DNA of 64,000 bases. It comes from Tubiluchus corallicola. Lineage: Eukaryota > Animalia > Priapulida. Positions 39,101-50,846 of this stretch are shown here, piece by piece (position 1 is the stretch's first letter; every line of letters begins with the position of its first letter). A model generated the notes under the pieces. That model saw only the letters and a program-made list of their open reading frames with translations. It did not search any database and had not been told where the DNA came from. The position numbers and the translations under genes are program-made. The DNA is taken from the NCBI GenBank assembly GCA_030141605.1, contig JAQGDQ010000149.1, positions 232,102 to 296,101 on the forward strand. The letters are read 5' to 3'.

Positions 39101-42100
39101 ATTGCGGAAGTTTTAATTTGCTACTGCTGACTGCTGGAAAGTATTACGAACGTTACTGTGTGAAATTATTAAAATATCCTGTTCTTCTCTTCCAGGTATA
39201 ACCTGTTAAGAGTTTTGTACGTTATAGGATTAGTATAGAGGACGAACACACCCAGTCAAATTAAGCCAGTATTATAATAACTGTTTACTTTTAATACTAC
39301 GCTTTTCTGTATCTTTGTATAGATCTAACAATTGTCTTCACGAAATTTCGTATTAGTTCTCATGCACTTGGTATACCACCTAATGCCAAATCTGTGATAA
39401 TGTGTAGATGTTATTTCTTTAATAATGCATGTTCGTGGGTACTATACATCATATTTGATGTTGTTGTAATTTATGTATTTTGTTGTGTATGACTCTTTAT
39501 TTAAATTGTGTTGTTTCTTTATTTCTCATTTCTTTCTTCGTATTTTAACAATCTATTAATTCATATGTTATTATGTGGTCTCGCTTGTAATTATGTAATT
39601 TTTATAAACAGGATTTTAAACTAATTGAAGTTTTATCTTCTTAAACGGTATATGAAACCACTTCCAAACTTAAGTACTTAAGTTGATGTCGTAGTATTGT
39701 ATTTAATTGTAATTTAGTAAAACAGCATTTTTTAAATAATTCGGTACGCCTATGCTGCAAGCCGTAATATAACACGAGGCACTGAACCAACAGAGAGCGT
39801 CTTAGCCACTTTTGAAAGTGTGTAAAATATTGTACATCTACAATAAGAGAATTGGCCGAAGGAAATATGATATGCGAAATCGCCCAAAAGAAGTTCTCCC
39901 AGCGGCCAGCTGTCTAATTGTCATCGAGGCCTGTCGCTTATAATTTCACAGCCAAGTGCACACGGTAACTATACTCAGCTGTCCCCCTAATTCCAATATA
40001 TTACCACTCTTTTACGAGATTGTGCTAAGACCTAAATTTACTTCAAAGTATTATCGAACTTATTCGTATGAAGCTTGAAATCAAGAATTGTTCTGATGCT
40101 GAAGAAGCCTTGATAAAATTTTATGGTGCTACTGTATAAGCAAAATGTGTAAGAATAGGTATTATATTGCTTTGTGTATTGCAAGTGGGATAACCTGAAG
40201 TGTATCTTGCTTAACGTCTGTTTGCATTAGATTGGAGAAATTACTGTTTAGTGTTGTTAATACCTACCCTCTGAGTGCTCTGCTTGGGCATACAATTATA
40301 TTAATCTGCCCAGGACCATTTGCGTTGAGTACATTTAATCAATTTTATTGTCAATGTCATTTATCTTGATTAAACAGTTGAATCTTTCCTGACGAGAGGG
40401 GCCTCAGAATGTTTTCCGACTTTTTGTGTTGTTGACAGTGTTGTGTCAATTACTTTTCAAATGTAGTATCACTATAAATACAGTTACTCTCCTGAAAACT
40501 AGTGGCGCTACCCCTAGAAATACTTTTTTAAAAAAGTAGTTATTGTAACTACAATTGCTTATGAAACGACGTTTTGCAACGACTTCTGAGCACCGTTGAT
40601 ATGGTACACTACAAAATGTAGATGGCAAGTTAAAAGGGTCTGTTAATACGTGTAGTAATAATTAAATTAATACATGTAGTGATAATTAAATTGTTATACT
40701 AGTCGCATACGAAAAAAATCCCTCTGCAACAATCAGTCAGACGCAAATTATCCCAGACAAACTTTTCTGCACACGGCAGTTTTTGTAAGAAACAAACTGT
40801 ATTATGGGTAACCTGGACAAACAATTATTAGGTGACACTTGACCAAAACGATTGCTCTTTATTGTTCTTATCTGATTTTGTCTAACACGGATTTTTGTTC
40901 CGAATCCGCAGACACGAACAGGATCACTTTGTCTGAGACAGAAAATTAAGCACGTTTAATAAAAAACTGCGTGCGACAAATTTGGTAAAACGGCTTTTAT
41001 CGAACTTGCAGGCGAGTATGTGCGTCCTGTGTTTAAGTGGCAACTAATGAAACCCAGCTACAAACATAAACACTTAGTGCTTCCTAACCAGACACTAAAC
41101 ATACACTTGCAGGTCATTCATGCATTGTCTACATCATAGTAAATTATTCAGTCCGGTATTATTCATATGATACTTTACTATTTTTTGTCATGCGATAAAC
41201 TAACGGTCAACCTTCAAACATGTTTATTTGTTTTAAAAACTTAGCTATTCAATGATACCTACATTTTCACTCACGAATAAAAAGCCTTGCTCCGCTGTGC
41301 CAGAGCACCAGGCACGTTGTACACTAAATCTGTCGAAGTCCGCGGCTACTGTTAAAACACAACTCCCTTGCCAATAATTAAAATAATGTCGAGCCGTTAC
41401 AACGCTACTTAAAAAATAGTGAAATTACAATGTACCCCTATTCATTTTTAAAGTAGTAGCGCGACTCCAACTCTGCTAATACTAGTAGTTATTATAAGCT
41501 GCTACCTAATACTAGTTGTTGGTGCTGCCACTTTTATTCATTTTTCAAGTTTACGTCCGTGAGTGACCGATTTAAAGTTTTCGCTGGTATTTCATGTGCG
41601 GCATTCTGTTGAAGTGCCATTTGCATAAATTGCGTACTTAAAACTATAATATTTCTACCATTCCATAATCAAATTCCACTGACTAAAGACTGTTCTCAAG
41701 GTAACGTAACCTTGCATGTCTAAGCCAGAAAACCAAGATTATAGCGTTTTTTTTTATCTTGCTTAATGTTGGCTGCCACCGGGATCTTGGATTTTTGCCA
41801 AAAACCTGCTTCTGATAAAAAAGCACTGTCCTCGGCCACTGCTTTTTAATCATCGTTAAAATTGCAGCCGGTGTCGTATAAACACTACGTAACCGAAGCC
41901 AGCTGCTTATCCCGTAGAATCTCCTATATTGCGTTAGATGTATATGACATCCAGGAATATTCCCAGCCAGCTTCCTGGTAATATGTGCGCACGTTATCAC
42001 ATGTCAGCATTCATTAGGGTGTGAAAAACGCAAATGCACGTGCTAAATATAATACTCCACGTGTTTAACGTAAGCGCCAAGTGCTGAACTTGATAGTTAG

Positions 42101-45100
42101 TTGGGTAATCTCCTCACTTGGTGGAGTTTATTAGAGTTATAATGTGTTATATTTAGTAAACATTTAGACAGGTGCGATTAAATTTCTTAAAAGCCACCCA
42201 CAGAAATTGCGCAATTCGGGATCATAAAATAATTCGCTTATTGAAATGTTGGTGCAACTCAATGTGAATATATGGTATTGAAAAAAAAACAAACAAAAAC
42301 AATTTAAACTTGGATGAAAGTGTGTCTTCGTCCTGCACGATTAAAATCAACATCACAGTAAACGCTTTTATACGAAAAAGGAATTTTATTTTGCATATGA
42401 TTAACACATTGTCTAGATGCATGATTTATGTAATTATACTTATTTATTCGTACACATTGTAGTAGAACTTTCCTAGTTTTCTCACAATACGTTTATTATA
42501 TTTTACAGAAAAGTTTGTCAGAACTGCAAATGTCCGCGTGACCATCATGACGTGTATCACGAGGATTTTGTCAACGTTCGAGATCGGATAGGTTTCAAAA
42601 TTCCTGAGGATCCCAAACTAAGGGTAACTAAGGAGCAGACTCTATCTAGTGGCTATGCCTGGGTGCCACCAGGGCTCTCATTACATAGGGTAAAGTATAT
42701 TGGCTTGTTTTTTATCTTTCTGCCACAGAGCCATATAGGTTAATCTATAGGAGTACATATTTCGCCATCAGTACTATCACCAAATCATTGCCACCTACAC
42801 CTCCATCATAAACGTAACTGTCACTTCAACTTACTCGGGTCTGCTTTAGTGGCCGTCATCTTCACTGTGATGTTGCCCTTGCCACCAAACCTTAAAAACG
42901 CCTACCATCATAAACAAAATTAACGTTATCATCACTGCTATCCCACGATCTGCATGTTGTGGTTCTGATGCCACATCACAAGCACACTATGGCCCTGGGT
43001 GTGTTTCGATAAGTATTACCACCACTAGCAGCACAATGTCCACCGCCATGTATCACAACTACCACGACCACATTATACAACCATCAAAATTCAAATGCAC
43101 ACACACTTTTTTGTCATCATCTTATTTTACCATGTAAGCTGTGTATTATGCAATCCAGATTTATATGCCGTTCTCCCGTGTCAAGTGCGTGCAGAAAGCA
43201 AGCAAATCTCACACGAAATTATCGAAATGCAAATAAGTTAGCCTCCAATTTTTATAATGACTGTGCAGGCCTCGTTGCTTTTTGCTAATAGCAGACAGCA
43301 GTCGAGGCGCTGCAATTTTATTGCTCCATTTGAGTATAAACGGAAGAAATTTATTAAACCCTTTCCTCAAAGCTTTCTGAGAATTATTTGCGCAAATAAA
43401 AGCACAGAGCACTAGTTAGCTCAAATAAAATATTTTAAAGGCGTGTTTTTTACACTGTACGTTTGCAACGCGTGCGCGTCATTCGCAGGAAGTCAGATTA
43501 CCGTATTTTCCCGTGTATAAGAGACCCTTTTTTGCTCAGAATTTTCACTTTAAAAATAGGGGGTCTCTTATACATGGGAGTAAGTCTTTTCAATAAGATG
43601 CATAAATTGTGACACTAATGATTTTAAAGAAATAAGTGCTCTACAACTGTTTTGCGTGTCGCGTTCGACTATGAAGCGGTTGTAAGCAATACAAGCATCG
43701 TGACACAGGCATTATCTCCTCGTTTTCTCTTTTCCTGTTACAGGTTTGCAGGTACGCACTTTAACATATACCAGTACTCTTTTTCTACAACACATTAACT
43801 GGTTTTATTTTGTTTTCAGTACCGCACTGAGTTGAAAAAAGTTGTACTTTACCCTCTAAAAATGTCCGTCTGAAAAAACTTTTTTCCAGAATTTTTGCCT
43901 AAAAATTGAAGGGGTCTCTTATACACAAGGGTCTCTTATACACGGGAAAATACGAGATTTAAGGCGTTTTGACGCGAAAACACGCACGCTCTTAACTAAC
44001 CCGAATAATTTTTTTATATTGGCCTATATAGAAACAAATGATCTCAGTTCTTAAAAAAATTATTAAAAAAACTTGTGTGTTTTTATCTCTCCTCATCCTC
44101 AACGGGCTATGGCTGTTATAGCGTTGGCTAAAACTTCCCCAAGGCTAGAATAATTTTCAGCTTTAAAATTGAACTTGTATAAAAGTATATATACATGTGG
44201 TTATGGATGTGCTCTATTCTTTCCACTTATACTATGTCGGGTTAGTGTCAGATTTCCGCATAAATTCCTCCAACACCTTTTGCGCCTTGACATAGTGAGG
44301 CTTGCTGGGAGATAAAAAGGGACTTTGCCTTGTCTAAATAAAGCTAAAATTAAACTATTAAGATGAAGTTACTTGCATTTGCATTGTTCACTTCTCAACT
44401 ATAATTTTACAATTATTGAAATTTATGTAAATTGTGAGAGGTTCTTAATTGTTTCTCTGAAGATTTTACATCAAGATTACATGCCGCTTTCAACGGCACT
44501 TTGATCATAAGAATCAGATTTGCCCGACTCTCTCCGTCTTCATGTTACATCTTGAAAAGAAACCAGACAAGCATTCATTTAATTTATTGAATTAAAAAAT
44601 AATTTTCGTGTAAATGCGTGCCTAATTAAATCATGTATTACATTAAAACTGCGGAACTGTGTTAGTCGTGTTACTGGCTCTTTAGTGGGAAAAACATAAC
44701 TTACACTTGTAGAAACGAGTCATACGTCAGACTCTTCAAATTCTTGTTAATTGTGTATGCACTTAGTGTAAAACATGACTGTGGAAACTAAAGCTCGTTT
44801 CAAAGAAAAAGAAAAATCCTCGTTCTGCAACACCCATATAAAGTAAAACAATGTCAGCAAATTTTTTAAATCACCAGAGCTTGCAGTTCTTTTGTTATTT
44901 TTGTTCTAGTTTTCATAAAGCTGATGAATAATTATTTCAGTTTTAAGTATTGAACTCTGAAAAGCCTGAGCTAAATCCCTGGGTGTAATTTATTATTGAG
45001 AAATCTGCCAAAATTTCTCGTTAATCAAAACAAATGCATAATAGCTACTGCAAAATCTGCTCGAAATTCAGTTTGCATGCTTAGGCACCATTGCTAGTCA

Positions 45101-47867
45101 CTTTGATTATTTGATTCATCACTTTTAATGTAATGGTCATGCTTTTGTGTGATTAACTCAGTAAGATTAAAATTCACTAAACTCTAGCGCTAACAAAGTA
45201 GCATGAAAAAAATTACTCAGCGGTGCAAGTGATTGAACGATTACAAAATTGCCCCTTTCGTTCGATAAGACATTTTTTAAGAAATTTGAAGGAATAGTAG
45301 AGTAGAAAATTCATTTTGATGATAATGATAAGTAGCTTAACTGGGCCAAAATTTAATGTTTTCACTGGCTACTGTGCTCTAGTAGTCATTTTATAATGTG
45401 ATCATTTGCATAATGCATGAACGTCTAAATTGCAAATTTGCAACTAATTAGCAAGAAACTGCGTTAATTAAAGAAGCGACAAAATTTATTAGTTTTAAAC
45501 CTGACGCAGAAATTGGTGAAACACGAAATAGTCGTTTAATTAATATCACATTATTACTTATTATGCTCCTTTAATGAATAACGTTACTAGTATGCAAACA
45601 GAATCAAACAAGTTAATAATTTTGGTTGGTTTAAACATTGCGGCTGCTGTAAGGGAAACAAAAAGGTGAATCTAGTAACAATGACGTCTGTTTTTGCCTT
45701 TATAATGGTTAGTAACATAAAATTGTATACTATTTCAATATGAGTTACTTTCAATACCTTCCCTGTGCTTGAAAAATCGTCAAAAATTCTCTAAATCAAA
45801 TACTATTCTCTTACTGTTGAACAAAGCCAGTGTGAAGACAATCGGCATAATACAGTTTGTTGAATGATTGCTGCTGCCATCTTTTGGGCAGTTTAGCGAT
45901 CCACAATCATGCCTTGCACGCAGCAGTTATTATAATATAGACAACTTTCAAACAGGCAAAAAAAAAAGAATTAGCGCAAGTACGAAAATAACCTGTGCAG
46001 CAAAAAAACCTTAGAAGTCGCCTTTTAACCTGTACGTTTTATGGTTTGCTTAACGGCTTCAAGAAATTTTTATTTCAGATTGACGAGTATATGTCACAGC
46101 TTCCTAACCACAAGGTTCCTCAGCTAGGAGCTGCTGGCGAAAAATACAGGTAATAACAGCATTGATAAAAACATAGTATTTTTTTTATTTAAAAGTCGAT
46201 ATGGTTTTATTTTGAGACAGGTACATTTTTCCTGGCTGTTTTGAACTGAAGCCGTGATTGGTAGTCTTAGCGGCTATTGTTTGTAAGAAGTAATATGTTG
46301 TTTTTTTGGAGAAAGTAGGATGTGTGTTCAAGAGTAGACCATTTTTACTATTATTCATGTATAAAAATTTACTGTAAAGCATTAACTTATTATTATTAGC
46401 ACGTGACAGAGACATTGTTTTGAGAAAAAACTCAAACAAATTTACTTGTTTGCATGAAAACTCTTGTTGTCATTGTTATTGTCGTCGTTATATCAAAAGA
46501 AAAAGAACTTAAACAATTACTGTTGACAAATTGAGATGTAGTTACTCTTCCACTCCTCTAACATAGTGTTGCCAAATAAGTATTATAGAAACAGTCTGGC
46601 AATAATTAATTCAGTATAATTAGTTTAATTCTATGGAACTATGATTTCTTAAGCAGTGGAATCCAGCAGATGTGAAAAGTCACTGTTAAAAAGTTTAAAT
46701 TAACAAGCTTCCTGGCAAATGCTGAAAATCATTTTCATGTTGGCTCAAATATGAAACATTTAGCTTCGATGTAGTTTCATAAATAACGAAATTAATGTAA
46801 GGTAATGGACGTTTTGCATATAAATTTGCTTTTCTCAGAGGATTACATTTTGGACAGTAATGACATTTAAATCCCATTTATTACAGATTAGGAATTAACT
46901 ATTGTGTATTACAAGCTATTTATGCTTGAATTATATATTTTTGCAGGGAGAAACAATTAATGATGCAACTACCTAGACAAGACTTGTCCGAATCGTACTG
47001 CAAGTACTTGGAGGCTTCCTGTAAAAAAGCCTTTCTTGACTTTGTAACAGTGCGAAATGAAGTTGCACTGGATATTGCCTTAGTACAAGACTCTTTACCA
47101 CAGGATATGGTAAGCATATGTAACTAGGCTGGTAGGAAATCACATTTACGAAAGTAGCTGTCACTTTTTTAATGCAGATATTAAACCAAAACAAGCATTT
47201 ATCACGGTAAGAATTACTTACCATGACAAGATAGTAGTGAACAATTAGTTGACAAATGCCTGCTGTAAACTCTAAATGTTGAAATGCATCTAGAAGAATT
47301 TATGTAACTAACATGTCACGTGATCTTTACATGGATGGCAATTCCTTGTAACATATTTTATTTAGAGCTACTGTATCATACTTCTGTTTGCTAATGGCGA
47401 TCATGCAAGTCTTCCCTAGATTATTGCATTGTGCTTCTGTTTTCTGTCGAAAATACATGAAACAATAAAATTCATTGGAGTTGGTTACTTTATTTAGTGT
47501 TTTTATTTATCTCTTTATTTCTGTCAAACTTTGACTTTGAGTAATAGATTGCCAATAAACTGGATACTTCTGAAACATATGTGGATAGGACCACTTCATA
47601 AAATTTAGCATAATATATTGTTTATTGTTCACTAACAGTTTTTGTATATAGGAATGTAAAAAATGTCAAGGAGTAATGGGTAATGGAGACATAGCCATTT
47701 TCGCTCCAAAATTTGGTGAGAATGCAGCTTGGCATCCAGCCTGTTTTACCTGCCGTAAATGTGACGAGCTACTTGTAGATCTTACGTACTGTGTCAAGGA
47801 TGGTTACCTGTTTTGTGAGAGGCACTATGCAGAGACTGTCAAACCAAGGTGTGCTGCATGTGATGAA
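24106..47867 (+). CDS. Lmpt: PET-LIM domain protein, LIMPETin/Limpet-like (Testin/Prickle family); multi-exon and partial: join(24106..24191,42509..42689,46079..46149,46947..47109,47652..47867), continues beyond the window
   Basis: Five exons with canonical AG/GT ends and consistent phases (starts in phase 0, then introns 2,0,2,0, ends in phase 0) give 717 nt without a stop: GLLIKEVDEGQACLHCQEKCPGFTPHSFRKVCQNCKCPRDHHDVYHEDFVNVRDRIG...GYAWVPPGL...KVPQLGAAGEKYREKQLMMQLPRQDL...RNEVALDIA...CKKC...WHPACFTCRKCDELLVDLTYCVKDGYLFCERHYAETVKPRCAACDE. PET and LIM motifs are unambiguous. The LIMPETin rather than Testin/Prickle call rests on my recognition of HDVYHEDFVNVRDRIG and QLPRQDL/RNEVALDI and needs a phylogeny. 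Confidence 0.9.
25638..25686. repeat. (TG)n / TGCA microsatellite
   Basis: Direct reading. Confidence 0.85.
27205..27400. repeat. GAT/GAC-rich low-complexity tract
   Basis: Direct reading. Confidence 0.7.
28621..29601 (+). mobile_element. Non-autonomous PIF/Harbinger-type DNA transposon, about 980 bp
   Basis: Imperfect about 45-bp TIRs: left ggccgcgttttcactgtgtccgcacagacacagacttttctgt; right (reverse complement) ggccgcgtttccattccattacgcccgcacagacacggactttttctgt; TAA on the right flank, left flank does not match; subterminal tccgca/tgcgga repeats. Confidence 0.8.
29637..29684. repeat. (CG)8 plus (CA)n alternating pyrimidine-purine tract
   Basis: 48 nt of uninterrupted YR alternation including (CG)8 at 29643-29658. 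Confidence 0.9.
29767..29851 (+). CDS. Candidate alternative internal exon (EIEGAFKQKLQQLHRHTVENQQGIFQKI-G)
   Basis: poly-T tract then catag| acceptor; 85 nt open, purine-rich, protein-like frame; TTG|gtaagt donor; phase 0 to 1. Confidence 0.5.
31230..31405. mobile_element. Palindromic relic resembling inverted Penelope-like element termini with degenerate hammerhead motifs
   Basis: ttcaacacctg..gtgttatcctc (31276-31301) mirrors gaggatgacac..caggtgttgaa (31343-31368); outer arms ttcataaaacatattcaaa / tttgaatgtttttgaa. Confidence 0.6.
32278..32322. repeat. (GACT/GACC)n tetranucleotide repeat; related tract at 32549-32612
   Basis: Direct reading. Confidence 0.75.
32335..32397 (+). repeat. tRNA-derived SINE head relic (Pol III A and B boxes)
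   Basis: A box TGGCAGAGTGG 32341-32351 and B box GTTCGAGAC 32385-32393 at tRNA-like spacing; stems do not fold into a full cloverleaf. Confidence 0.6.
33545..33570 (+). promoter_or_regulatory. CRE-like palindrome plus inverted CCAAT, putative internal promoter
   Basis: GTGACGTCAC 33548-33557 and ATTGG 33562-33566, about 570 nt upstream of the ATG at 34133. Confidence 0.35.
34133..34215 (+). CDS. Candidate internal first exon (MKMKDLEATCIVVKQKESSGEEASQQN-G) splicing to core exon B
   Basis: 27 open codons then GG|gtaggt, phase 2 matching acceptor 42509; GTGACGTCAC palindrome at 33548 and ATTGG at 33562 upstream. Confidence 0.5.
36951..37010 (+). CDS. Candidate alternative internal exon (A-DNERPSQSTYLSQDQRKAE-G)
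   Basis: Strong pyrimidine tract, tag|cag| tandem acceptor, 60-nt GC-richer block, AAG|gtactt donor; open in phase 1 to 1 and in phase 0 to 0. Confidence 0.45.
40699..41010 (+). mobile_element. Non-autonomous DNA transposon relic, copy 2 (inverted relative to 23364-23667)
   Basis: Starts ctagtcgcatac; tttgtctgagacagaaaattaagcacgtttaataaaaaactgcgtgcgacaaatttggtaaaac matches the reverse complement of copy 1 with scattered mismatches. Confidence 0.75.
42509..42689 (+). CDS. Lmpt: Core exon B: KVCQNCKCPRDHHD...GYAWVPPGLSLHR (end of Cys-rich module, start of PET)
   Basis: ttttacag|A AAA GTT TGT...AGG|gtaaag; 181 nt, phase 2 to 0; YAWVPPGL PET signature. Confidence 0.95.
43501..43955. mobile_element. 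Tc1/mariner superfamily (pogo/Tc2-like) MITE, about 455 bp
   Basis: Perfect 26-bp TIR cgtattttcccgtgtataagagaccc (43502-43527) / gggtctcttatacacgggaaaatacg (43929-43954); TA on the left flank; internal copies of ggggtctcttatac near 43559 and 43911; right terminal base and TSD altered. Confidence 0.9.
46079..46149 (+). CDS. Lmpt: Core exon C: PET domain (IDEYMSQLPNHKVPQLGAAGEKY-R)
   Basis: tatttcag|ATT...TAC AG|gtaata; 71 nt, phase 0 to 2; LPxxKVP...GEKYR motif. Confidence 0.95.
46947..47109 (+). CDS. Lmpt: Core exon D: PET domain C-terminal half (EKQLMMQLPRQDL...DSLPQDM)
   Basis: ttttgcag|G GAG...ATG|gtaagc; 163 nt, phase 2 to 0; QLxxQLPxQD motif. Confidence 0.95.
47652..47867 (+). CDS. Lmpt: Core exon E: LIM1 and first CxxC of LIM2
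   Basis: tatag|GAA TGT...GAA|gtaagt; 216 nt, phase 0 to 0; CxxC-x19-H-xx-C-xx-CxxC...C-xx-H LIM pattern, then PRCAACDE. Confidence 0.97.
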
Positions 47868-50644
47868 GTAAGTGTTTTTAGCCTTACATATTATACAAGG
47901 GGAAGCTGTACACACTCAGGTTATCGACAAGGGGCAGAAGTTTCTATAATTTTTGGAATTTTCACTTCTTAAAACAAAATCAACGATTCTTAAAACTAAC
48001 TTAGAAATCCATTTATACCAAGTGCATCGTTTGTTGATTCTTCTGTAAAAATTTCTGCTTGACCACTTCAGCCGCAATAGATGGCAGCACGTGGCGACTG
48101 ACTTAGTAGTTATTCACCAAGGCAGTGGCTTAATCTACTGCTAGCCTGACCTATTTATTTCGTCTATGATAATTATTGGGGATACCAACTTTGCCCCGAA
48201 GAATCATAAAGACACTTAAAATATTTGAACAAAAAATTTTCTTGACAATTTTGAAAAGTTGGTGTTGGTTAAATATTATCAAGTTCTTTTTCCTTGAATA
48301 AACGAACTGCAACTAGCATATTTATTTCTTTAATATTGGTCTAATTGTACATTAAACTAGTAACTTACCTTGATTTCTATACTGTAAAAAATCAGACAGC
48401 TAATATTACAATACGTGATCTTATTAGTTTCTTCAACTGTTCACCGAAGGAGTAATATTGAATAAATAAACGTTTACTTAAAGTACAAGAAAACACTCTT
48501 CATAAATAAAGCCTAAAAAGTTCCTTTTGAAATTTTCAAAACTGCACACAGGGCTCATGTTAGCAGTAGCTTTGTATAAAAATTATAAATTTAAACTCTC
48601 ATGATGACTGTTAGGCACAGCCATTTTAATGGTACGTTATTTGAAAAAAGTTTAGATAACATTGGGTAAAAAAGTTTGAGAAAATATGTAAGCACTCTTT
48701 GCTAATAATTAAAAGTTTAAATTATTTTAAATTGTCAATAATATCAATAAAGTGACTTTTGGTGAGTCAGTGTGCACACTGGAAGGTGACACAGTGCTAT
48801 TAACCAGGTGGCACAAATATTTAAAATTATCAAGAATTTTCTTTTCCAATTACGTCTTTCAAACTGGTAAGAATAATGCTAAGTAATACAACTTCGTATG
48901 GAAATATGGATATACTTTGAAATTTCCTTTTCTTCCACTTTAAAATGAATATTAAAAGCAGCCTTATAATTAATAACGTAAATGAACTTAATTCATGTTG
49001 TGATCATGGTTATTATTTTATTGCAGTAAAAGCTAGGTATAAATGATTATTATATGTTGAAATAATTTGTAGGGGAGAAGTAATTTTAGGTACTGCAGCT
49101 GGCTGGGTTGGTAAAATTAATATGGGCAACTATGTTCTGAAAATTGGAATTTTTTCGTTTTTTAATCATTGTAAAAAAAGCCACAAAATGAATTTTTATT
49201 AGCTAGCAAAAGGGTACTCAAAGCATATATCAAGATTACATGCAGAGTATTCGATATAAAATCGGCATTAAATTATTTTGCTAATTTTTATACTCCATAT
49301 TACGTGAAAATTCCCTTAATTCGTTACTATTGTTAAGTGATTTTTTTCTAATATTGTTAAAGCTGTCCAGCATTGCACAATTGCTTTCGTTGCAGTGAAC
49401 GTTTTAACAATTCTTGGTGCACAGGTAGCAACTTAGCATATGGTTTTAAGAACGTTGATGTTTGTCGAGTAACCATTAAGTTAAGTCGCTGTTAGACAGC
49501 ATTACCGTTTGGTTCTTGTAGTTTGCATACCACTTGCGAACACAGCAGTAATTAACCACTCCGGAACTTATTACTTTGGTAATATCGATTAATCCTACTA
49601 TGAGTCAGATAGGGTTTTAAGGCATTGCTTGGTCAGCACTGGCTGACCTTTCACTACATCTTGCACTTTCAGGTTTTTTATACAGTTAGATGCAGTAACT
49701 CTGCAAGCCGAGGTCCAGTGTGAACTCAGTGACAAGATCCATTTAATAGAGATTTTATCGCACCTTGGGGCTCATCAGTAATAAAGCATAATGTTAATAT
49801 TAGACACTAAATAGGTTTAATAAACTCGATGATTATGTTTATGTTTTTAAACGGGTTAACGGGTTTAAGTAATGAAATTTTAAACGGGTTGTCAAATGTG
49901 GGCGTATTGTTTTCAGAATTTTTAGTAAATATTCCAGCGAAGTAAGAAACAGACACACATATACATATATGATATGTATGTATTAGAGAAAGCCTACATA
50001 CTTTATAAAGATTTCCTGTATTACGCGGTGTTATCTCATTTCATCATAAATTTGGAGAGCAATTTCCTTGTGTTGCTATCCCATGTCTCAATGAGGCGAC
50101 AAGAAAATACGAAATTCTTTGACAGTCCGAAGCTTCTTAACTGCATTGATATAAAGTCGACTGCAAATAACACCGGCATTTGTCGCCCATCCCTGAATGT
50201 CATTCTCTTCTCGGACATGAAATTCTACTCAGAATTGTTTAGTTACAAGGTGCAGTTTCTCGCTAGGGCTTTGTGAAAGACACTTGTCGTACAGGGCTGC
50301 ACTATAGTTCGTTTCGCTGCTTTCAAACTTTCATTTGTCCTGTTGTGCCTTTGAAGCCTTTTCGCTGGTTGGATCAAGTTCTTCAAATCGATTCAGATAC
50401 AGAGGCAGGATCTTTGCCCAACTGGACATGGCAGTGTGACATAGCCTTTTCAAAGTTGACTAAGCGGATCTTGTCTGTAATACTGTCTGTTTTGCCAGTT
50501 GGATGAGTGAAAGTAATCTCTCTGCCGGGATCTATTTGAGCCAGGCTACACACACTTTAAATTTCAGCGTTGCAAACATTACCACCAGGCACACAGTAGA
50601 CAATTACGCAGAATACTTTCGCGTTACTAATTACGTTTGCTCGT

Positions 50645-50846
50645 TTTTTTCCTTCATATACCTTTACTTCAATTTTTTCCATTTTCTGCGACACTCTTAC
50701 CACGCTTGTACGATACTTATTTCTCTCAGCCGCCCGGCCACTTCAGCAAACAGTTTTTGATTCCTTTGACTTCTACTATCTGAAACATCAACTACGTCCA
50801 GATTTTGTAAACTGTTCAAAAAATTTTTTACTCGCCCGTTTTCCCA
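50645..50846 (-). pseudogene. Myb/SANT-like (trihelix-type) DNA-binding domain pseudogene, probably from a PIF/Harbinger element
   Basis: Minus-strand translation WENGRVKNFLNSLQNLDVVDVSDSRSQRNQKLFAEVAGRLREISIVQAW*ECRRKWKKLK*RYMKEK; two in-frame TAA. Confidence 0.75.

Noticed and set aside
40389-40410. CTGACGA-gagg-gg-cctc hammerhead-like core
   Set aside because: Two-base loop, no GAAA and no stem I or III
47868-47972. C-terminal extension of ORF 47676..47972
   Set aside because: Read-through past the GAA|gtaagt donor into intron; LIM similarity stops at the donor
48070-48092. CTCF-like tagatggcagca motif (similar at 24488 and 45873)
   Set aside because: Only a partial match to the consensus and common in transposon relics
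49845-49892. Three aacgggtt repeats, hAT-like subterminal motif; similar hAT-like relics at 40440-40630 and 41330-41475
   Set aside because: No paired TIRs or TSD could be defined
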